The notes under the pieces were generated by a model. That model worked only from the letters and a program-made list of their open reading frames with translations, had not been told where the DNA came from and ran no database searches. A DNA stretch of 64,000 nt from Oopsacas minuta (taxonomy: Eukaryota; Animalia; Porifera), in assembly GCA_024704765.1 (NCBI GenBank), contig JAKMXF010000199.1:186001-250000 (forward strand), read 5' to 3'. This document shows, piece after piece, positions 11,197-25,127 of this stretch. Numbering within the stretch: the stretch's first letter is position 1; the number at the start of each line of letters is the position of its first letter. Both the position numbers and the translations under genes were made by a program.

Positions 11197-13400
11197 TTAA
11201 ATATATTTAGGAAAACTTTCAACATCTTCATTGCATTTGTATCTATTCCAGACCTTCAAAAAGCAAGAGTGAGATGATACAACAGCTTGTTCTGAGACAT
11301 ACCCCAGACGCTTTAACGAAAAAAAAGCAGTTTTGATCAAATGGTACAATGTGGCGGTAAGCAACATGGACTTTAATTGAACATTGTAGCCCTGTTCTAT
11401 TATAAGCATCTTCGAAATGATGAATCTGATCAATGTATTCACTTTCAATATTTGTTCCGAAGCTTGGTGCAACTACATTACTAAATCTCTTCAGGGCAAT
11501 GAAGGCAGAGTTTGAAGGAGAAAATACCCGTCTATTATACATCATGAGCAGTTTACCTATTCCATTTCCCTCGAATGCATTCCCATAGTATGTGCTCCAT
11601 GGAATGTTTTTATTTCTTAATAGAGATTCGTGCGTGAATATCTCTTCCTCTGACATTTTTGTTAGTTTGACATCATACAACTTTCGTCTCACTACTAACA
11701 TCAAATACTACTCTGGTATATTGAATATATCTATTGTATTTGACATACATATTCCTATTGGAGGGAGATCTTCCATTCCATACAATTAATTGGTTTTTGA
11801 TCATCACTGTAGACTGTAGAAAGTTTGTCGCACATCGTTGAATGTAGAAGAGACGATCTGCAGGTATTCTGGGTCTCGTTTAAACCTAGGTGGGTGTCCC
11901 AAGTACACCCGATACATGGATACCGCCCTGTCATTAACCGATCGAAATACTCCCAGCTTTGAGATCAACTGTAAGTGTGACATCATACTTTGTAAAAGAA
12001 TTGCTTATTTTAATCCATTGTTCAACATTTCACAAGTTGATTTAAGTTACGGATCTTCCTGTCCTCAATTCGTTGCTTCTCAGATTCTGATTGAGGTGGA
12101 AAATGTGTAGACTTTGGGCCACTGACACTTAGAGAATAACCCCTTCTTCTCGTGGGAGTTGGAAACTTAATGCAATGTTGTCCCCTTCTTGAAAACGTAA
12201 TATGTTATGGCAAACATACTGATCGAGTGTATTTCTGTGATCTAGCGGCTGGTGGGAATAGTCAATCAGATACTTTTAGTGCAATGATGCGATATAACTT
12301 GCGAATTTCGCTCAACCAGCATCTGCTACAATGTTTAATAACCTTTGCTGGATAATTTATTATCAGTCTTCCTGGTTTTGCATGTGAAAATTCGGATTTA
12401 GCAAGAAAACTTCTTCCAAATCTAGTCGCTTCCTCACGCATTGGGAATTGATTACTAGGAGTACATGTTGAACGCGTTTGATGCAAGAGATTGGACTAAT
12501 GAAACCGAATTGGCTTCTCTGAGGAGCATTGCTACCCGAAACCTTGCGAAATACAGTTTACAGGGTGTAGAAAAACATTGGCCGAAGACAATTTTGATCT
12601 ATAGTAGGGGTTCATATATTTTCGTGATTGTTCACCTAAATTTGTTAACTAATCAGCTGGTTCCTTAAATAACTGATGCGAAGTGGGGTTAATATTCCCA
12701 ACTTTGGAACAGCACCAACGACCAACCTTGAATTTAGTTGTGCTTCATCCGCATCCATAATTAAGTGTAATATGTTTTACGTAATTGGTTAGGATATTTA
12801 TGTTTTAACTTTATGTTGGCTAATGTTTTTCGTTATTATAGTTAATATTTGGCATTGACCACAAATAGTCCTTAGTTTTGCTTTCAGCAGTCTTGAAATA
12901 TTTCGCGTTCAAGACAGCTGAAATCGGAACTGAGGAGTTGACAGGCACCAAATATTGAATTCACTTTTGCAAACGTTTTGTGATTGAATTAATATTTACC
13001 AACAGTTCTACATCTACATAAAGTTCTGTGCCCAACCTGTAAATCTCATAGGGTCGGTATTCTTTGCTCGAGTTCAGGATTTCAAAGACCCGTTCGTCTG
13101 TTTTCCACTGATAATTCGTATTTTAAATTCTTTAATAACCATGATTTACAATGAGATATCCCTTGAGGCTTTCTAAGAGACGCTCAATGGCTATTTTAAG
13201 TATATTCACAATTGATAAATCTTTTGATTTGAAAACTTCAGAACTGTAATCTGTAGCAAATATGGGTTCCATTTCGTCAGAGAGTTTCTTTCCCATTTTC
13301 ATCCATCCTCGATAATATTTCACAACAGAATTTGTTGATTACTGGCTTTGCTCTAGTTGGGCTCGAGTATGTAGATATTAAGTCCTCACAGATGCATCCA
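11197..13400 (-). pseudogene. Degenerate Transib/Chapaev-like (RAG1-core-related) DDE transposase
   Basis: Fragments in colinear order: TVDLK...GL...YPCIGCTW, NIPE..LML, YYGNAFEGNGIGKLL, F..VV..SFG, SIKVHV..HIVPF, LGYVSEQAVVSSH..F.KVWNRY. Termini not located; upstream boundary approximate. Confidence 0.6.
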
Positions 13401-13659
13401 TATAGCATTCTTGAATAACACGCTGATCGACTGATCTAGTATTATTACATGAAGGAGATTTCTTGTGTTCATCTAACAAATTTTATCGTTGCTTTTGCTG
13501 TTATGAAATTAGCATCTCGTCTTCATAGGGCCCTTTATACCTATCTTCAGTGGACTTAATGCTTCAGTAATAGATTCAATTTGGAAAAATTCTATATTAC
13601 TAGGGTGTATATGACCCCAAGGTCTAACAGAGCCGTTTGAACTGGGAACTTTATCTTAA

Positions 13660-14265
13660 CTAATGCGCTTAGTTTGCTAGGTCACTGCACAACATCTTAG
13701 TGCTCCATGTTAGCTTAAGTGTGTTAAATAAACAAGCTAAATTCTGTAGTGTTATTGGTCGCTACGCGACTACCTGCATCGAAATCACAGAATAGATAAA
13801 ATTTAAGTTCAAGATTTTATTATCCATGGGCTATCTAAATTGCATTCAATGGCCTTCTCTGGTTCACTAGGGATGCTGTCGCTTTTGGTTAGTAATCTTG
13901 GCACTTCGTGCCTCGGGTACTCAGAAATTCTTGAATTTTTCTAAGTATTGATTTTTGCAGTCATAATGACGTAATAATCCCATGATGACTTAGCTTTGTC
14001 AGGGTCATGGCATCAGGACATTTGTCACATTTAGGGGTGCCTGTGATTCAAATTTCAAACTTTGATCATCTATATGGGCTGAGTACTAGTTAATCATTTG
14101 ATTTTCGCTAATCCTAAATGTGACAATGACGTCATTGGTTGGAATTTCCGTCCAAGATTCTATCTTGCCTGAGCCAGGCCCAAATACCCTTGTATGTAAT
14201 ATTTCAGTCATAGGGGTCTCCAATTTCTTCAATAAATTCCGAACATCCAAACATATATGTGTATA
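13660..14265 (-). mobile_element. Copy of a dispersed non-autonomous family with a Helitron-like 3' end
   Basis: Reverse complement resembles 32500-32660 and 62480-63014 (agaaggccattgaat..., gtcgcgcagcgacc...); GC-rich hairpin followed by a degenerate CTAG terminus at 13660. Confidence 0.55.
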
Positions 14266-15623
14266 CAGTATGTCCAATAATTATCGCAACACATCATTAT
14301 TTCTAATTCTAACACTGCTATAGTTATATTTGATAAGTAGAAGTTACTGTACTAATATAGAAAGTTAATTGGTATCTATTTGAACATAAAACTGAGGAAA
14401 CACAATGGGATTATATTTTTTGCTAATGAGGATGACATCATAAGATATAATGACGTCATCTTTTAGCATCTTTCATCATAAATTAGAAAATTCTCTTACC
14501 TATTAGCTGAATAATTTAGCATTTAGCGTTGATATGGCTCAAAATTTGATGGGAGAAAATATCAAAACTCTATTGATTGGCGATGAACATACACCTACTA
14601 AAATCTCACGCATTTTAGATGTTGATCGAGGGACACTTTACAGGGTTAAACAAAGGCTCCAAACAAATATAACCCTTAAACACAAAAGAAGCGATGGTAG
14701 ACCAAATTTACTCGGCAATTCAATAAAATATACAGCTACTCAGTTCATTAAATCGGATCAGAGACTAGTATGTAAACTTGCAACCAGGTTAGCTAAAACA
14801 AAGAAACTAACTGTCAGTAAAAGTACAGTCCATCTTACTCTTCAGAAACTGAAATACTCACCCATTTCTTGTCCAGATTCCATTGCTATCTGAAAATAAT
14901 CGTCTCTTCAGAATTGAATGGGCACAGAAAAACAGATTTAAACTGTGGTGTAGAGCTATGTTTGCAGATGAAGTCTCTTTTTGGCTTAATCGTAGGAAGG
15001 TTCGAATGTGGACAAATCAGGGAGAGAATGATCACAAAAACTACCAAACACTCACCGAAACTACACATATGAGCTGCATTTTCGTCTTTCGATACCTTCC
15101 CATTGTGCATATTTCGTCAAAATTTGGATACACAATTCTTTGTTAAGATCCTTGAATGGCATCTTCTTTTACAGGCTGAGGCTTTCCACGAAAATAGATG
15201 GTTTCTCGTCCAGGATAATGATCCAAAGCACCGTTCAAAATTTGCCCAACAATGGATCTCAGAAAAAAATGCCAAATAATGTATTTCAGTGCCCAGTCAA
15301 TCATCCGACCTTAATCCGATAGAAAATCTATTCGGCTGGTTGAAAATCAAGTTGCAAAACAACATGCCAAATCACTAGCTGAGCTTGAAAAATGTATCTA
15401 GCAATTTGGGATTCTCTCCACCCGAATTTTTGGAACCCTATTGGAAATCTATGACGCGTAGATTTCAGATGGTCTTAGAAAACGATGGAAATAAGATCAA
15501 ATATTAATCTTTAGTGTATTCTCAACAAGTAGACAAAAAAACTAGATCATATACTTTATATTTATTGTTTCTGGGTGACACTAAGAAATCTCCCTAGTGT
15601 TGCAATAATTATTGGACATACTG
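14266..15623 (+). mobile_element. Tc1-like DNA transposon (1358 bp), frameshifted DD34E transposase 14534-15507
   Basis: 27-bp TIRs cagtatgtccaataattat(c/t)gcaacac, TA TSDs on both sides, motifs MFADEVSFW, QDNDPKH, PSQSSDLNPIENLF. Confidence 0.93.
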
Positions 15624-16219
15624 TATATGTATATATAGTGAGGAGTTATTCTCATGACTCTAGGGTCCTGATAGTAAAATCCCAAGATACTAGTGTCTTA
15701 GAAATATTTCTGGGACCCTAGGGTCCCAGCTCGAAATTTTATCCTAGGACCCTAAGGTCATAGCCTAAATATTCGCTCCAGGGCCCTATAATTACTAATG
15801 CAAATTTAACTTGATTTTTCTACTATTAAACATACATTAGTTATTTCTATATTAGTAATTAGGTGTAGTTTATGGAGGGCTAAATTCGGGGTGGTGGTAT
15901 TCTGAAACCCTACCAAATCGCTAATAAATGTAGTTTATCAAAGATCATCATATTTCATTTTACACGAATTTAAGAAGTGATCATCGAAACGTCTCCAATA
16001 TCCTTTCGCAATTGTATAAACGAACATAGGAACAGGAATATTTCAACAATTATTCCTCTCTTTCTATTATTAAGTCGATTCAAGTACAGTTTTTTAGTTT
16101 CCTTTCTGATTATTGGATAGTATTCAAATTTACTATAAATATTGAGAGATTCTTCGACTATTTTTCTATAAGCTAAAATATATTTCTAAATCCTAGTTTT
16201 CTGTAATCTATGAACCTAT

Positions 16220-17460
16220 CTAAGTAAAATTAGTTTGCAAACTAGGGCAAGTTGAAACTTTATGCCCAGCTATACAACAAAAATTACACCTCCTTTGTTT
16301 TCTCTCAATCGAGGCTTGAACTCTGGCACCTTTCTTCTTTGACATTCCTTTCCTTCTTTTTGAAATAGGATCCAAAAGAATAGGAGGATTTGAATCTAGC
16401 AAAGAAGAGTTAAAATGAATATTTGGTTCATGTTAATAATTTATCATTATTGAATCCTGGACTGAATTTGCAGATTGGATTAACGGAATGTTCAAATTTC
16501 CAGGTGAGCAACGTAAGGGTATTGGAAGTTCAATGATCCCAGTAGGGCTTAGCATGGCATCTGTCCACTCTTTTAATTCATTGAATAAGCAATTAGAATA
16601 CATAAAAGCTATGTATCTGAAGCGGGACATCAAAATATTAAATTTATCCTTATCATCGTATTTCCTTTGTCGAGTGTTAAGAGAGCTTATTGATTCAAAG
16701 CTAATTTGTTCAGTAATAGCAACTGGGATTGTGGATACAGATTCTGCAGTCATCCAATCTTTAGTGCACCATCTTTTAGCATGTGTTTCATCTGGAATTT
16801 TCTTTGACTGTACTATAGTACAAAGACTTATTAAAGGCTTACATGGAAGACCCATAGTTTTGATGTATCCACAAGTCCAAGATTTGGGATCTAAAGACCC
16901 ATTGGGATTTGAAATATGATGCACATGCCCATTGTCTGTAGCTATTAAGCATGAAGATTTCTCTAACTGATCTTTGAACCGACCATACGCATAAAAAGTT
17001 AACTTGCATGCAGCATGTTCTATGAAAGGCAAATTGTTATTCCTGCTGAAATATTGACACCCGATCTAATTTCATTGGTTTCTAATAACAAATTCCAGAT
17101 AAATTTTTAATTATATTTCTATTAACATGCCATACACAAAGACGATGTGGTGAATCAGGGAATATTTCATTTATTCAAAGGGATATCGTGGGATCATCAT
17201 CGGTGAAATATCACTAGGAGGTTTCGAGTTTAAGTTTTTGAATTTTTCGAACAACCAAGTGAAAGTTTGAATAGATTCGTTAGTTATTAAAGTCGAGGCA
17301 AAAACGATCGTCTTCCCAATGCTATTTATTCCCAGAAAAGGAGCAAGTGGCAATCTCAGGTTGTTTGTTTTAATATTCTCTCAAACATTTTTATAGCTAA
17401 CTTCATCGGGTTTTGCAATCGAGAATCAAAATTTAATCCATTAGGATAATTCTCTATAAC
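16220..17460 (-). pseudogene. FAR1/FHY3-type MULE transposase remnant (MULE, SWIM, zinc knuckle)
   Basis: PLAPFLGINSIGKTIVFASTLITNESIQTFTWLFEKFK (MULE core), WTCGYIKTMGLPCKPL (SWIM-like), RRCNFCCIAGHKVSTC (CCHC knuckle). Confidence 0.75.
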
Positions 17461-17589
17461 CTATTTTGTAATGTTTCGTTCTTGAGAAGTGAGCGTTAAC
17501 AAGTTGATAAATCAACTCGATGGGGTTTCTAGATTTGTTGTATTTAGGACAGTTAAAGACTTCATTTCCATTCTCATTCCTTGGATTGA

Positions 17590-17760
17590 GAATTAATTCC
17601 CATTCGGAGCCCTTGAATTTCGGGAATTATCTACTTAATTCCCATTTCTATTCTCAGCCCATTAATTTCGGGAATTAAGGCTTAATTCCTATTCCCATTC
17701 CCATGCCCATTCTTAAAGGGAATGAAGCTTGAAACCCAAATCCCAATTCCATTCATAAAT
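17590..17760. repeat. Low-complexity cluster of AATTCCC/GGGAATT motifs
   Basis: Repeated aattccc(att) and its reverse complement in both orientations. Confidence 0.5.
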
Positions 17761-18892
17761 TGAACGCATTACTGGTGGGTACTGGAATCCGAATTTCAAG
17801 CAGTTACTTTTGAGAGTTGTACAACCATCGACTCTGCTAAATCAGAACCATTGGCATGTACACTTTGCATTTTGAAAGGAATTGTGGGTTTAACTACTTG
17901 ATTTTTCTTTGTATATAGCCTCGCTTTGCAGAACCTGCGATTTTCATGTACCTAGAATTCAAGATCATCAGATTATCTATTCAAAGTTTAAATTAATCCT
18001 TGCATGCTTGCGTTAGCATTTAACCTTTAACTTTTAATCCTCTCAATTGAAAGTTAAAGGAATAGCCATAGGTTCTTGTAAATATGATTTTATTCTATAC
18101 CTAACATATTAGGACATATTTATACCCTATTTAGCGACAAGTATCTTATAGTAGATAATATACTAATCAGGCGAGATTGCCATACTTCGAGATGGGATAA
18201 TAAACAAGTTACTTTTAACAACCACACTCATTAATTTGCATTTAACAAATAGATTCGTAGCATATTACGACGAAGCGACTTGCATATTCCAGCGATCCCG
18301 GGGATGGAATAATTTATTCTCGAGTCTCTCATGTATAGCTACAGCCTTATTGGAAGAACTATATGTAATCATTTAATTCGAAAGATAATAACCAATATTA
18401 GTGGGAAAGTTAGGCCATAATGTTTGAACTTTATCCTGGAAAATTTTGGCCTAATATATCGAAACAAAAATGAGGATATCAAACCATTGTAAAATTGATT
18501 TCGGAAAGACCGACGGTTGCATAGCCACATACTATCGGGGGCTAAAGCGGCGTTCATAATTAAACGAGTAATGAAATAGTTGATTGGTAAGAAACATAGC
18601 CAAGAGGTCAGAACTGCACTACCATCCTGTTGGCTCGACATTCATTGATATTACATATTTGTATGAAATAATTATGATTTCGTAAATGTTATGGTTTGTA
18701 CTTTGAGGAGTATTGTTCGGGAATAAATAGTATGGGTTTGGGGGAATAATTCTGAACACTAAACTGAATAAAATCATGATAATCAACATTTGAAATATAA
18801 TCTTTCTACGTCCAAATGGTTTACCACACAATTAGATGGATAGTATAGTACAAGAATTAAGAATTAAAAATTGGTCAAACTTTAACAAATTA

Positions 18893-21136
18893 CACAGGCA
18901 TACAAAAAATGTTATATTGCAGTTCTTTATTTTTTAATCACTGATTTAGACTAATTTAGGTGCGCTGATTCTGAATATCTATTCAGTTTTTTCTTATCAC
19001 GTCAGGTTTTTTCACAACCATATAGCTACATTTTCAGAAAAATTCCGATTTTTGCCAAAAATTCATCATGATTACATATTACAACAGCAACATTGCGTAC
19101 ATAGTATATATATTCAAATAGTCTTATTTGCTCATTGGTTTTTAACTAGTCTGTTATTCTTTTTGGTTGACATATCGAAAAGAAAGTATTTCAATTCTCC
19201 AGACATTTTTGTTATATTTGTGGTTTCTATACTCCGAAACCTCAGATGCAGAATATTACTGAATTTGTGAATAGGGCTTACCATGCGTATTTCAAAGTTA
19301 AGCTGGGCGACCAGGACAAAAGTTGGGCACCTCATAAGGTCTGTAAATCTTGTGTAGAATTATTGAGGTCTTGGAGTAAGGGTAAAGAGAAACACCTCCT
19401 TTGGGAATTCCTATGATTTGGATAGAATCAAAAAATCATTTCGATGATTGTTATTTCTGCATGGTAAATGTTATGGGCTGCAAAAAGAGTGACAGATACC
19501 TGCTGAATTACCCAAATTTAGAATCTGCTATTCGGCCAGTGCCTCATTGTAGTGATCTACCTGTATCAATATTCACAGAGTTTCTCGGACTCTATGATGA
19601 TGAAGATGGTGCCAATTCGGAAGAAGTCAATGATAATGACTGTGAATATGATGTTGATTTTCAAGGTCCTTCCTCGGAGCCTTCTCTCTTTATCCAAGCG
19701 GAATTGAATGATTTAATTCGTGACCTTAACCTCTCGAAAGAATTTTCTGAGTTGCTTGCATCTAGATTGAAAGAAAAGAATCTACTCCATCAAGGAACAA
19801 AGGTAACATTATATCGTTACAGGGAGCAAGAGTTTCAACAGTATTTCTTCGAAAAGAATGGTTTGGTGTTTTGTCCAAATGTTGAGGGTCTTCTACTAGC
19901 AATGGGAGTTCTGAACTACAATCCAAGTGACTGGAGGCTGTTTATTGACAGCTCCAAAAGGAGTCTGAAATGTGTACTACTCCATAATGGAGATATATTC
20001 GGTTCCATTCCTATAGGGTATTCAGTTAAACTCAAAGAGGAGTACAATAATGTGAAAGAGATATTAGAGATTATTAACTACTCTGCACATGATTGGGTCA
20101 TCTGTGTTGATCTCAAAATGGTCAACTTTCCATTAGGACAACAATCTGGGTTCACTAAGTACCCTTGTTTTCTTTGTTATTGGGACAGTAGAGATAGGAA
20201 CCAGCATTGGATAAGGGAAAGGTGGCCTCCGAGAGAAAGTTTGAAAGTTGGGGACAAAAATGTAATTAATAACCCTCTGGTACATACAAATAAAATAATT
20301 CTACCTCCTCTCCACATTAAGCTTGGTTTAATGAAGCAATTCATCAAAGCATTGTATAAAGACAGATATTGTTTCAAGTATATCCGATATTATTTTCCAG
20401 AAATCAGTGAAGAGAAGAAAAAGGCAGGGATATTTGAAGGTTCACAGATTCGCAAGTTACTTAGGGACAACAGCTTCAAAGATTCAATGAACGAGGAAGA
20501 GAAGAGAGCGTGGCAGGCTTTTTCTAAGGTCGTTTCTAATTTCCTTGGTAATAAAAAGGCATCCAACTACAAAGAACTAGTCACAGAGTTAGTCGACAGC
20601 AATCATGCTCTTGGCTGTAATATAAGTATTAAAATTCATTATTTGAGAGACTATCTTGATAGATTTCCGGATAATCTAGGTGATATGAGTGAAGAACAAG
20701 GTGAACGATTCCATCAAGACATAAAAGTGATGGAACAGCGATATCAAGGAAGATGGGACACACATATGATGGCAGATTACTGTTGGTGCCTAAAAAGAGA
20801 TTGTCCTAACGAACAGCATTCAAGAAAGTCAAACAAGAGAAAATTTTTAGATTGAATAGTGCTCATATTACATGTTTATAGTATCACTTTCTTCCATTCA
20901 TATTAGTAACAATTATATCATTATTCTTAGTGAATGAAATATTGATATTTTCAGAAATTTAATTGATCCAATCTAACATATAAGGGTTGAAACCAATTTT
21001 GTTCTATCAATGTAGTAATAGGATTGTGAGGTAACTTGACGTATTAGGGAGAAACTGACTAAATAATCGGAATCAGCAACACAGAATTAATATATCAGTT
21101 GACAAAATCAATACAACTAAAAAGTGTAGGGCTGTG
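18893..21136 (+). mobile_element. Chapaev3-type DNA transposon, nearly intact
   Basis: Termini CACAGGCATACA and TGTAGGGCTGTG (10/12 inverted match), 3-bp TSD TTA on both sides, single transposase gene. Confidence 0.88.
19172..20855 (+). pseudogene. Chapaev3 transposase: two N-terminal frameshifts, then 484 open codons
   Basis: NSPDIF-CYICG, DQDKSWAPHKVCKSC, GIPMIW...HFDDCYFC, VDLKMV..GQQSGFTKYPCFLCYWD, PPLHIKLGLMKQF, SEEQGERFHQDI, MMADYCW. Confidence 0.92.
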
Positions 21137-24100
21137 TTATATCTCACAAGGATATCAACATTACTTCACTAAATTTTGACCAAACTATTGAATTTATTGC
21201 CATTTAATATATTGGATGACAAAATTATTGACTAATTTTTTATTATGAAATTATCAGCAAAAATCAAATATTCCCTAAATGGAGAGGCTAAGAAATATTT
21301 TTAGTATCGAATGATCTGTAATTATGATTTATACTATTTTTGCTAAAGGCCACAAGTTTGATATTTATGAATTATACCTCCTGAATCTAGAAAAAGTAGT
21401 TTCTCTTATCTGTGCGGATTTCTCCCCAGATGAGCTAAACTTAATTGAGCGAGATTCTGAAAGTGACAATGTAGATAAATGCTTAATATGTTTCATTATA
21501 AAATTGTCTCATTAAATGTGATTAGATAAATAAATGCATTGTTAGCTTGAATACTTTCATATAAGTACATTACCAAATATATTGGCAAATATATTATAAA
21601 ATGGTTTCAAGATATGAAGCCACTAAAATGTGTCCTGCACTAAGTTTTGAGGGTTATTCTTATAGATTTGACAAATTATTGACACCAAATATAAAAAACG
21701 ATGGTGGTGTCGCACCAGAGATTGCAATTGGTATATAGCAAAACGATGAGTAGATTAGCGATATTCATATGCGAACACCCCACCATGACCATTGCATACT
21801 GGATCCGGATGCTAGTTGCGTTGAAATAGTAGTATCGGATCTTAAAGTGGATGCTAGGACTCAGTTAATTCCTAATTTAAATAGTGCTGCTACTGCAATG
21901 ATCTCGGCCAATCATACAATAGCTCCAAGATTCCTTTGTTTAGTACAGTGGTTCCCAACCGTACCTAACTCACGTACCCTTCGCGATAGGAGAATTTCCC
22001 GCGTACCCCTGTGAAAAAGTATAGCTGAATTTATTATATAATGTTTATTTTACTAGAAAGAATTGTATCATAATAAATTACTTTTCTCAATGAGATGGTT
22101 GCGATTGCTTCAATGCAGCTAGCTTCTTAGTGTCAGGCTAAGTATTTGTAATTGCACATCGCATGAAGTCTTGAACAGACAATCGATTCCTGTATTTGTT
22201 TTTTTTGTGAAATAGTGTCGAAAAACTGGATTCACACAAGTAAGTGGAAGGAAATGGGATTAGCAATATAATAGCCAGTTGAAATATTTTGGGGTACGCA
22301 TTGACCATCTTACACCAAAAACTAATCAAATGAACTTCAGTGAACAATTCTTTTGCAATGCTATCATTGATCACTTCAATGCATTCTTCCTGTTCGGCTT
22401 CTGGGATTGGATTAAAATCAACTTTGAAAGGCTTTCCAATAAATTTGAAGTCTCTGTAGTGAGTGCATTCAGATTATGAAGCTGATTCAATTTTCCTTTG
22501 CTAATTTGACCACTCCACAGATCTAATTTCATTATAAATGCATTGACCTTATCCACAAAGTTAAATATTGTGTTTTCTCTTCCTTGCATAGATAAATTTA
22601 GTCTATTCAGTTGAGAGGTAATATCAACCAGGTAGGCATGTTTTTATGCTTTGCTCGCCAATGTTAAAATGCAACATTAAGTCTTGTTGGTTCTTTTGCC
22701 TAATAAACTCTTGAATTTCGGCTTGTAATTAAACACTCGCTTAACAACATTACCTCTGGATAGCTAGCACACTTCCATATGAAATAGAAGAGTTTCTGAA
22801 CTCGCATCAAGATCGTTACATAACTCTCGAAAAAGACGTGTATTCAAAGAACTACGCTTGATGTAGTTTACCAATTTGATAACCCAAGACATAATATCCA
22901 AAGCAAAATGTGAGAGTGTTTTAGAAGCAAGAGCATGTCCATGTATCATGCAGTGTAGTGACAAAACATCTGAAAATTGAGTTCTAACTCGGGCTTGAAA
23001 TTCTGAATGACGTCCTAACATTGTTGGAGCTCCATCAGTACAGACACTACATAGGTTTTGCCAGATCAAACCGTTATCAATAAAGAATTCGTTAACTTTT
23101 TCAAATACGTTAGTTCTTCTTCTTGTTGTTTCTAATGGTAGACAAAAGAGAAAGTCTTCTTTGAAATCCCCATCATGAATATATCTGGCGAAGCAAATTT
23201 ACTGAGCACATGAAGCTACATCTGTCGACTCATCTAACTGGATACTGAATAAACTCAACGGTGCTGTTTTCATCTCGGATACAACTTGTAACTTGACATC
23301 TTCTGACATATCTACGATAACACGGTGAACAGTGTTTGTGGAAATGGAAATGGTACTAATTTCTGAAAGTTATCTTCACATAATATTAACCTAACTGCTC
23401 CTTTGATGCAAGGAAGGACCAAAGTTTCCCCAATTGTATGCGGTTCTTTTGTTGAGCTAATTTCAAGGAAATAACCTAAGACGCTTTAATTACTGAAACT
23501 GTAGCTGATTAAACTTCCCAGTGGTCTCTTATCGGACTTTCTTTTCGTTGAAAATACAAAGGATCTTTGTCTTCAAGTTCAGAATGACATGTTTCTAAAT
23601 GCCCATTCAAAAGACTTGGTTTCATGTTGTCAGCAGAAAGTGTTTTAAATCAAATAATGCACTGGGATCTTCAATGTTATTGATATTGATTGAAGTAAAA
23701 TCATATTTAATATATTCGTCGGAATACATTCGTCTTTTCTTTCCAGATGCCATTAAGAATAAGCGTACGATATTGCAGAATAAGAATGTATGGAATAACA
23801 AAGTATAGACTATCTATTTATATTTATCACTGAAATATGATGTTTATATAAAACACTAAACTAATGAATACATACGTAAGTAGACATTGTATCACAGTAA
23901 GTTTTTAACGCCAACATTATTATTATTCATCAACTTGAATCTACAAATTATAGTTACCAATAACACTGATCTACAACATTTTTGATGATCTTCTTTCTCT
24001 ATTATTTTTGCATAGTATTGATATATATTGGGAATTATTATGTATGTTTTCATTCTTAAGGGTACTAAAAGTAAGAAATTTCTATTCTAGTTATGTCGGC

Positions 24101-24268
24101 CTTTCAATTGACTACCTGGTCAGAATATTTCTAAATTCAATTCTACACATCACCTTTATCCAATTTATTTGGTTTTAATTGCTTATATGATATAAATTGC
24201 CTCTAATAGTATTTAAAATCTGTTCTATTCCACTCGACATTTAGTTTACCTTGTTCATTTTATTGTTT

Positions 24269-24690
24269 ATGGCTTCTCGGGTTTGTAAAAATTCTTCTGA
24301 AAAGTTTTGTCGTATTTGTGGGAGGTATACTACATCTGACCAACGGCCAAATATACAAAGGCTGTAGAACGCTGTTATTTCGCATATTTTGGATGCCATC
24401 TTGTGGATCAAGATAAGCCGTGGGCTCCACACAATGCCTGTAAGACATGCGTTGAGAACTTACGCTTGTGGCATGCTGAGAAGAGAAAGAAAATGCCGTT
24501 TGCGGTTCCAAAGATATGGAGAGAACCAATGTGTCATCTTTCGGATTGTTATTTCTATATGACGAAAATTGATGGTATCACAAAAAAGAATAAATCCAGT
24601 ATTGTGTATCCAGACGTACTGTCCGCCATTAGGCCATTCCAAATTCAGAGGACCTACCTGTACCAGTTCCATTGGAAATATTGAACATTA
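24269..24690 (+). pseudogene. N-terminal fragment of another Chapaev3 transposase, inside the hAT element
   Basis: MASRVCKNSSEKFCRICG..., DQDKPWAPHNACKTCVENLRLW, MPFAVPKIWREP..HLSDCYF. Confidence 0.85.
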
Positions 24691-24714
24691 GCAATGACAA
24701 TGATATTAGTGGAG

Positions 24715-25127
24715 ATACTATCATTGTCACTGGTATCTGTTTGTCTGTCTTGTCTGTCTGTCCGTTTGTCCGTTGCTAAGGAAGCTGAAATGGAATGTGG
24801 AATTCGTATTTACAAAAATGTATGTATCTATATATCTATGGTGTTAATCAGGAAATATACAAATTTCATAAACTTGACTAAAGGTTAGCGAATATGCTGA
24901 ATCCGAATCACACTTAAGGATTTGTCATATACAAATTTAAGTTGTTTATATGAATATAAAGTAAACAAAAGTAAACAAATTTCAAAATTATCCTAGAAAT
25001 GTGGTTTCAACAGTTATTGTGGGGTAATCGGGTACGCTGATTCCGAATATCACACAAACTAATAGTCAAAGCGAGGGCCGAAGGCCGAGTACGGACACGA
25101 AGTGTTAGAATCCGCGTAGCGCGCTAG
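24715..25127 (+). mobile_element. Helitron/HINE-like non-autonomous element (GTCY microsatellite, 3' hairpins, CTAG end)
   Basis: tgtctgtcttgtctgtctgtccgtttgtccgtt at the 5' side; ggccgaaggcc hairpin and gcgtagcgcgCTAGt terminus; related to 53640-54420 and 36279-36330. Confidence 0.5.

Noticed and set aside
16488-16919. Antisense or shadow ORFs (for example 16488-16919, 4571-4813, 28797-29054, 35346-35726, 47564-47884)
   Set aside because: They lie opposite recognisable transposase or AP3B codons and have no motifs of their own.
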